Assembly: GCA_945873065.1 (NCBI GenBank)
Contig: CAMCBN010000003.1
Span: 5,166 to 69,165 of the forward strand
Length of the DNA stretch: 64,000 nucleotides
Source: an uncultured Candidatus Saccharibacteria bacterium
GTDB taxonomy: Bacteria > Patescibacteriota > Saccharimonadia > Saccharimonadales > Saccharimonadaceae
Reading direction: 5' to 3'
A program made the translations under genes and the position numbers. Positions 58,252-64,000 of the stretch are shown piece after piece. The notes below the pieces were generated by a model that saw only the letters and a list, made by a program, of their open reading frames with translations, searched no databases and was not told where the DNA came from. The number at the start of each line of letters is the position of its first letter. Position 1 is the first letter of the stretch.

Positions 58252-59097
58252 TTATAACATAATTAGAGAGCGGCGAATCTCTTTCGCTACACGACGCGGC
58301 TGCTCGATAACCGACATATGCCCAGTCTCAAGCTCGACAAAACAGTTGGCGGCAACGTCTTTTGCACTAATTGGGCGAACAACCGAATCGTATGTTGAGG
58401 ACAGCACACCAACAAACTGCGACGACGGAATTTCCATACGATGAGAAAAAGCTATCTCGCGCCCAACGCGCCAATATTCAAGAAGCTGAGATCGATTCGC
58501 ATTCGTCCGACGCGTCAACCAATCAACCAGTTGCAATGTCTCGGTATTTTTCTTTCTCAATAGCCACCGTCCGCGAAATACCGAAAAACGATAATTCAAA
58601 TAACCAAATTGCATAATTACTCGCATTCTGAAAAAGACTGCCGATGACAATTTCATCGAGCGCGAAAGTTGCAGCGGCGGATTCAAATACCACGTACGCT
58701 TATGCTGCACCCGGCTTGCTACGACGCAACCCAGCGAATACGCCAGCACAGTGTCGATGTCGACGCCGCGTTTCTCCAAAGCGGGCAACAGCTCTTCCGC
58801 CCATTTACACAGTTTCGCTACCGTTAACCTGTGCACTAGTTCGCTCGCACCGTGCGAGGGTAAATCGACAAAAATTATATTAAACTCATCTCGTAGTTCA
58901 TACGCTAGCGGCACCAAACCATGAAAATCTCCGCCTGCTCCGTGGATAAAAAGCAGAGTTTTAGTATGTGGCGAGGCGTGTAAAGTTTTATGAATATACA
59001 GCGCAGTTTTTACGCCATCAACATTAACAAACTCTCGCTGCAATGAGGCAACAAATTTATCGTAAGCTTGTTCTATCACCGCCTTATTGTACCGCAC
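58252..59097 (-). CDS. Alpha/beta hydrolase
   Basis: FIHGAGG, VDLPSHG, AYSLG nucleophile elbow, GHM. Confidence 0.85.
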   Translation of the reverse strand: MRYNKAVIEQAYDKFVASLQREFVNVDGVKTALYIHKTLHASPHTKTLLFIHGAGGDFHGLVPLAYELRDEFNIIFVDLPSHGASELVHRLTVAKLCKWAEELLPALEKRGVDIDTVLAYSLGCVVASRVQHKRTWYLNPPLQLSRSMKLSSAVFFRMRVIMQFGYLNYRFSVFRGRWLLRKKNTETLQLVDWLTRRTNANRSQLLEYWRVGREIAFSHRMEIPSSQFVGVLSSTYDSVVRPISAKDVAANCFVELETGHMSVIEQPRRVAKEIRRSLIML

Positions 59098-59143
59098 TTA
59101 GCGAAAATTTCCGCCAAATTATTGGCTGCGCTATAATTATTTC

Positions 59144-59968
59144 ATGAAGTTATTTTCCTGGAACGTCAACGGCATTCGCGCGGTGATTACTAAAGGCGAA
59201 TTTGCTACGTTTATCGAAACGTACGACCCGGATGTCATTTGCCTGCAAGAGACCAAAGCGCAGCGCGGGCAAGTCGAGCTCGACCTGCCGCAATATGACG
59301 AGCATTTTTATTCTGCTGCCAAAAAAGGCTATTCGGGGACGGCGATTTTTTCCAAGACGCCAACGCTCCAATACCGCGACGGTTTTCCCGAGGACATTAT
59401 TCAGCAGTTCAATCTGATGGGCGACCAATACGGCGATCCAAACAATGAGGGGCGGATTATCGCAGCAGAGTTTGATGAGTTTTGGCTAGTGACGTGCTAT
59501 ACGCCAAATTCGAAAGGCGATTTGAGCCGATTAGATTTGCGGCACGACAAATGGGACCCGGCATGTTTGGCGTATTTGAAAGGACTGGAAGCAGGGAAGT
59601 ATGGCAACGCCAAACCGGTATTATATTGCGGCGACATGAATGTGGCGCACCGGGCAATTGACCTGGCAAACCCAAAACCAAATATCGGCAAGCACGGCTT
59701 TACTGATGAAGAGCGGGCAGGCTTTCAGGCGTATCTCAACGCTGGTTTTGTCGATGTTTTTCGCGCTGCGAATCCAGATCTGACCGAGGCTTACACCTGG
59801 TGGACGCACTGGCAGAACGCCCGGGCGCGCAATGTCGGCTGGCGGATCGATTACTGGCTGGCTTCGTCTGGTATTGCACCGCGTATCAAAAACCCGCAGA
59901 TTCACCCGGAGCAAATGGGGTCAGATCACTGTCCGGTGAGTATTGAGTTAGCTAATGATGAAACATAG
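59144..59968 (+). CDS. xth: Exodeoxyribonuclease III
   Basis: SWNVNGIRA, CLQETK, GDMNVAH, GWRIDY, GSDHCP. Confidence 0.96.
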   Translation: MKLFSWNVNGIRAVITKGEFATFIETYDPDVICLQETKAQRGQVELDLPQYDEHFYSAAKKGYSGTAIFSKTPTLQYRDGFPEDIIQQFNLMGDQYGDPNNEGRIIAAEFDEFWLVTCYTPNSKGDLSRLDLRHDKWDPACLAYLKGLEAGKYGNAKPVLYCGDMNVAHRAIDLANPKPNIGKHGFTDEERAGFQAYLNAGFVDVFRAANPDLTEAYTWWTHWQNARARNVGWRIDYWLASSGIAPRIKNPQIHPEQMGSDHCPVSIELANDET

Positions 59969-59976
59969 GTCGACGC

Positions 59977-60798
59977 ATGCACTCATTTTGGTATACCCAA
60001 GACAAGTCCAAACCACTGTTTCCTGATATCGAATGGAATAAACCCCAACAACGTAATCGGTCAGGCAAACTAGCTATTGTTGGTGGTAATCACTTTGGTT
60101 TTCGAGCGGTCGAGCAGAATTATCGTTTGGCATTATCTACCGGGGTAGGGCAGGTACGAGTGCTACTACCAGACTCCTTGCGAAAAGCTATTCCGATTAC
60201 TATAACTGATGTGGTGTTTGCACCAAGTAACCACAGTGGCAGTCTGGGTGTGGATGCACGTCTAGACATACAAGCCTTGGCACAATGGGCCGATAGTCTT
60301 TTGTTCATCGGCGATGCAGGCCGCAATAGTCAAACGGCTATCCTATACGAAGAGGTCATCGATCAAAGCACTACGCCACTCGTCATCAGCCGCGATGCCA
60401 TAGATCTGATCCTGCCAAATGCCGATCATGTCGTACAGCAGCCCACCATCGCTCTGGTCGCTTCCTTTGCACAAACGCAAAAACTATTCCGTCGGCTTTA
60501 TTACCCAAAGATCTTGACTTTCCGTATGACATTATTACAGCTCGTCGAAACGCTGCATAAATTTACCATCACCTACCCGCTGACACTGGTAACATTCCAT
60601 GCCAATACGATTATTGTCGCCCGTGATGGCAAAGTGACGACCACCCCATGGACCGATCCGATGAGTATCTGGCAAGGTAGTGTGGCTACCCGAGCTGCCG
60701 CATATTACCTATGGAATCCTTCGCAGCCACTACAGGCTATAACCGCTAGTTTACTCGATACAAGCGCTATACAAAACGCCACTCATCTGGTAGTATAA
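59977..60798 (+). CDS. NnrD/YjeF-C (ribokinase-fold)-like protein, divergent
   Basis: SGKLAIVGGN, GVGQVRV, PLVISRDA; several canonical motifs not evident. Confidence 0.6.
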   Translation: MHSFWYTQDKSKPLFPDIEWNKPQQRNRSGKLAIVGGNHFGFRAVEQNYRLALSTGVGQVRVLLPDSLRKAIPITITDVVFAPSNHSGSLGVDARLDIQALAQWADSLLFIGDAGRNSQTAILYEEVIDQSTTPLVISRDAIDLILPNADHVVQQPTIALVASFAQTQKLFRRLYYPKILTFRMTLLQLVETLHKFTITYPLTLVTFHANTIIVARDGKVTTTPWTDPMSIWQGSVATRAAAYYLWNPSQPLQAITASLLDTSAIQNATHLVV

Positions 60799-60840
60799 GG
60801 ATAGCTTTGTCGTTTTACACAAAGTCGTTCCTGTAAATAC

Positions 60841-60927
60841 GCCGCGGTGGTGGAATTGGTAGACACGTTAGACTCAAAATCTGATGTCCACTAGGACGTG
60901 CCGGTTCAAGTCCGGCCCGCGGTACCA
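60841..60927 (+). tRNA. tRNA-Leu (anticodon CAA)
   Basis: GCCGCGG acceptor, TTAGA-CTCAAAA-TCTGA, long variable arm, GGTTCAAGTCC, encoded CCA. Confidence 0.97.
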
Positions 60928-60938
60928 CTTTTCGAAAT

Positions 60939-60974
60939 AAAACACTCATCCTGGTAGGTGGGTGTTTTTATTTA
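60939..60974 (+). terminator. Intrinsic terminator after tRNA-Leu
   Basis: AAAACACTCATC/GGTGGGTGTTTT hairpin plus T tract. Confidence 0.75.
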
Positions 60975-61001
60975 AGTAACTATTGTATAATGGTTATAGC
61001 T

Positions 61002-62684
61002 ATGCAACCGACATCACCCAGAGCACGAGTACCGCTTAATCGCGATGCAGCGCTTAGCGAAGCACGTAGCCAGATTGATGCCATATACAATACATCATCA
61101 CAGGCTACGACAGCGAAATCGTCGATACAACCGATCACTTCTACTCCATCGATAAAACCCCGTGAACATGCAACCACACGTGATGCTAGCACTGTTTCTG
61201 CTGGTAGCTCGGCCACATTTACGCTGCCACAAAGTTCAGCCAGGCAAAGCCATCGCCCTATCGTGCGACGATCTATCAGCGATATTCACCGTCCGACTCG
61301 GCCATCACAAACTACGCCCCAGCGGTCGGCGACTGCAATGCCACAGCATGATACTCCACTCCACCGTAGCTACACACAGGCTTCAACGAAACCGACACCT
61401 GTTTCAGCTTCGTCGACCTCCACATCACCTGTCAGCCGAATAGTTAAATCTCCTTCGTCACCTCGAGTAGCGCAAGAGCAACCAAAGCCAACAAGCTCAG
61501 CTCATCAACGAACAGAGCCAGCCTTTAACTCATCCAGACCACATTCACCACGAGCCGAACAAAACCAAGCCGAGCCAAAAACCGCGTTTTCGTCAGCTCC
61601 CGCGCAGCCCGAGCACGCTTCACAACCTGGCGCACCGCGCCAACCATCAGAGAGTCAAAAGGCTGCTTGGCAACAATACCATAGTGCTTGGCAAAATTAT
61701 TACCAGCAATATTACGAACGCTATTATCTAGGGCAAGTCAAAAAAGCCAAAGACGAGCTCGCTCAGGCTAATCAGGCTAGCGCTAGTAGCAACGATACAC
61801 CGCCAGCTGCACCATCAGCCACCGACACAGACACTGATAAGGATAAGGATAACGATATCATTAGCAAGGAGGAGGCCCTTGACGATTTGCGCTCAGGGCT
61901 TCTCGATAAGCTCCAAACTACCGCCAAGAATGTCCGTCAAAGTCGTCATTTTGTGCCAGCTTTAGCCGCACTCACAGTAATGGTCGTATTTTTATTCTTG
62001 CAGTACAATCGTGTGATATTTTCGTATGTTGCCGCCTGGACCACTCCGAGCACACTTGACGCCCAAAACTACATCATTAGCCCTTACGACACTAACAATG
62101 TTGGGCCCGACCCAAAGTTAATCATCCCGAAAATCGCTGTCGACGTACCGATCATCTGGGATGCTAATGCTGCCAGCCAAGCATCACTCAATGCCGCCAT
62201 GGACAAAGGTGTCGTTTGGTTCAATATCCCCGGAGCAAATGCCAAACCAGGCGAGGTAGGTAACTTCGTTTTGTCTGGACATTCTAGTAATGATTGGCTC
62301 GACAATGGCAAATACAAATTTATCTTCGCCCGCTTGGAGCAAATGCAAAAGGGTGACAATATTTACGTCAATTACAACGGTACTCGCTACACTTACACCG
62401 TTACTGGCTCGCGCGTTGTTAAGCCAACTGATGTCCAAGCTCTTCAGACGAACGCCACCAAGCCTACCATGACTCTGATCACCTGTGTACCACTCGGGAC
62501 AGCACTAAATCGACTGTTAGTCACTGCCGAGCAGGTCAGTCCAGATCCATCATCTGCCAACAAGAAATCGTCCTCTGATACATCATCGCAAAAACCTGCT
62601 TCGAACAGCGCTACAATGCCAGGGAATTCGCCATCGTTTATCCAGCGAGTCGGCAATCTATTCTCTGGCGGAAATAACCATTGA
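61002..62684 (+). CDS. Sortase with long Ser/Pro/Gln-rich N-terminal region
   Basis: Catalytic H (LSGHS), C (TLITC), R (NRL); single TM before catalytic domain. Confidence 0.92.
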   Translation: MQPTSPRARVPLNRDAALSEARSQIDAIYNTSSQATTAKSSIQPITSTPSIKPREHATTRDASTVSAGSSATFTLPQSSARQSHRPIVRRSISDIHRPTRPSQTTPQRSATAMPQHDTPLHRSYTQASTKPTPVSASSTSTSPVSRIVKSPSSPRVAQEQPKPTSSAHQRTEPAFNSSRPHSPRAEQNQAEPKTAFSSAPAQPEHASQPGAPRQPSESQKAAWQQYHSAWQNYYQQYYERYYLGQVKKAKDELAQANQASASSNDTPPAAPSATDTDTDKDKDNDIISKEEALDDLRSGLLDKLQTTAKNVRQSRHFVPALAALTVMVVFLFLQYNRVIFSYVAAWTTPSTLDAQNYIISPYDTNNVGPDPKLIIPKIAVDVPIIWDANAASQASLNAAMDKGVVWFNIPGANAKPGEVGNFVLSGHSSNDWLDNGKYKFIFARLEQMQKGDNIYVNYNGTRYTYTVTGSRVVKPTDVQALQTNATKPTMTLITCVPLGTALNRLLVTAEQVSPDPSSANKKSSSDTSSQKPASNSATMPGNSPSFIQRVGNLFSGGNNH

Positions 62685-62842
62685 TATAGAGATTAATAAA
62701 CGATATAAACCACAACCATAAAACAACTATAGTTTGGGGCTCTTAGGCATAAGTTAATTTAGATTCACCCCAGTGATAGTAAGTAACATACAACAAAATC
62801 TGTTGTACAACCACTTTCACTTACATCTATTATAGATTAGAC

Positions 62843-62891
62843 TTATTAATTATTAATTATTAATTATTAATTATTAATTATTAATTATTAA
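62843..62891. repeat. Tandem repeat (TTATTAA)x7
   Basis: Seven perfect copies counted; last copy contains the stop codon of the minus-strand gene. Confidence 0.97.
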
Positions 62892-64000
62892 TCTACCATG
62901 ATTTTAGTCTGTCGCAATGTGATAGCATCACCATTCTTCGCGAAACTATAGAGGTACTTCTGGTTTTGCGACAAAACCACCGGCAAATTTACCGACACCG
63001 AATCTGCCACTGTTTGGCGGTTCAGACCATCAAAATCATGCATATGCAATCCCTCTGAATCGGCAAGAGTGAAGTGATATCCGTCTATCCAATTAACGTC
63101 ACCTTTGAGAGGGGTCTTCGTCTCCACTGTTGACACCGACAATAGCTCAAGATCATACGTCGTCAATGATTTAGCGTTATATGCCGTGATAAAACGATGG
63201 TCGCCTATCGAAAAACCAAGCATATTTACCCCGCCAGGCACCGAAACTGACGCTATTGTCTTCATGCTTGAAGCAGATTTGGTGTCGCTTACCACATATG
63301 ACCCTTTCATAATATCTATCGTCTCACCGTAGGCAATGACGTAATATACTTCATTGTAATATTTCTCAATACGAAAATGGAGTGGGGTAGTACCCATATC
63401 TGTGTAGTGCCTGATGATACGCGCATTATCGGCACCGATAGTGAGGTAACCGACTGCGCGCTGTTTAGTCGTCGCATCTAGCTTGGTCGTATATACGATC
63501 GTGTTATCACCATAGAGTGAGAACTCTGCGATATTGCTGATAAGCGGGCCTGTCACCGTTGTGTCGGCTATATTGATCTGTCGTACATCATTTTCGGTAG
63601 TGAGGGCTATCAACTTACGGCTATCACTCTGTGAAAACTCAAGCCGAGCGATATCTATATTAAGCAAGGTCGTGATATTCTTTAGCTCGTGTTTGCCCTG
63701 GGTGTCCAACACAAGCCACTCGGTTTTGGCGCCGTTGTACGTATGCTTAATAAGAAGGTAGCGATTATCTTTATCCCACGACGTTACTGCGAAAGATTGA
63801 GCCGAATCTTCGCTCGGAGCAGTGAAGTGTGACGAGTCCAGCGATACGCTAGTGACCTTTGGCTGATCACCGGCTAAATCCGCCAAACGGACAGTCGGCT
63901 TATGCGCCGATTCGATATATGCCAAATATCGATTATTGCCTGAAGCAGTCGCACTTGATACCGTATCTGATTTGCTGATCGTCTTATTCAAGGGATTCTG
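62888..64000 (-). CDS. Partial large secreted/surface protein, beta-propeller-like C-terminus (5' end outside window)
   Basis: Frame is open to the window edge; repeated beta-strand motifs (SWDKDNRYLL, NWIDGYH, LSQNQKYLY). Confidence 0.7.
   Translation of the reverse strand, partial: QNPLNKTISKSDTVSSATASGNNRYLAYIESAHKPTVRLADLAGDQPKVTSVSLDSSHFTAPSEDSAQSFAVTSWDKDNRYLLIKHTYNGAKTEWLVLDTQGKHELKNITTLLNIDIARLEFSQSDSRKLIALTTENDVRQINIADTTVTGPLISNIAEFSLYGDNTIVYTTKLDATTKQRAVGYLTIGADNARIIRHYTDMGTTPLHFRIEKYYNEVYYVIAYGETIDIMKGSYVVSDTKSASSMKTIASVSVPGGVNMLGFSIGDHRFITAYNAKSLTTYDLELLSVSTVETKTPLKGDVNWIDGYHFTLADSEGLHMHDFDGLNRQTVADSVSVNLPVVLSQNQKYLYSFAKNGDAITLRQTKIMVD

Noticed and set aside
62700-62891. Replication origin
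   Set aside because: No convincing DnaA-box cluster, no dnaA/dnaN nearby, and flanking genes are convergent.

Overview
Chromosomal segment of a Patescibacteria (CPR) bacterium, most likely Saccharibacteria/TM7. This assignment is inferred from the N-terminally extended L1, the CPR-style hypotheticals, the sortase, the pilin-like RCC1 protein and near absence of biosynthetic genes. TGA is used as stop (code 11). Housekeeping content: rplA, rplJ-rplL with an L10 leader, dnaX-dnaB, ybaB-recR, cysS, a full F1Fo ATP synthase set, smpB, xth, dus, an RlmD-like methyltransferase, two P-type ATPases, tRNA-Gln(CTG) and tRNA-Leu(CAA). No transposase, integrase, CRISPR array or rRNA was seen. Main unexplained signals: (1) palindromic elements inserted in-frame in RNA-modification genes, with two homologous 76-nt copies in the RlmD-like gene showing compensatory base changes and a related GCGAAGC-capped hairpin in dus; (2) four self-contained mini-cassettes (similar promoter, structured UTR, Shine-Dalgarno, small orphan ORF, hairpin-rich 3' end) in a window where most genes look leaderless; the largest (39.4-40.1 kb) holds a 50-aa Cys-rich zinc-finger ORF, a degenerate tRNA-like element and a chain of hairpins; (3) probable pseudo-enzymes with intact frames (a RelA/SpoT-like protein and a phosphoketolase-like protein) and a SulP-STAS-nucleotidyltransferase fusion. 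All calls are from motif recognition by eye; no database search or folding program was run.
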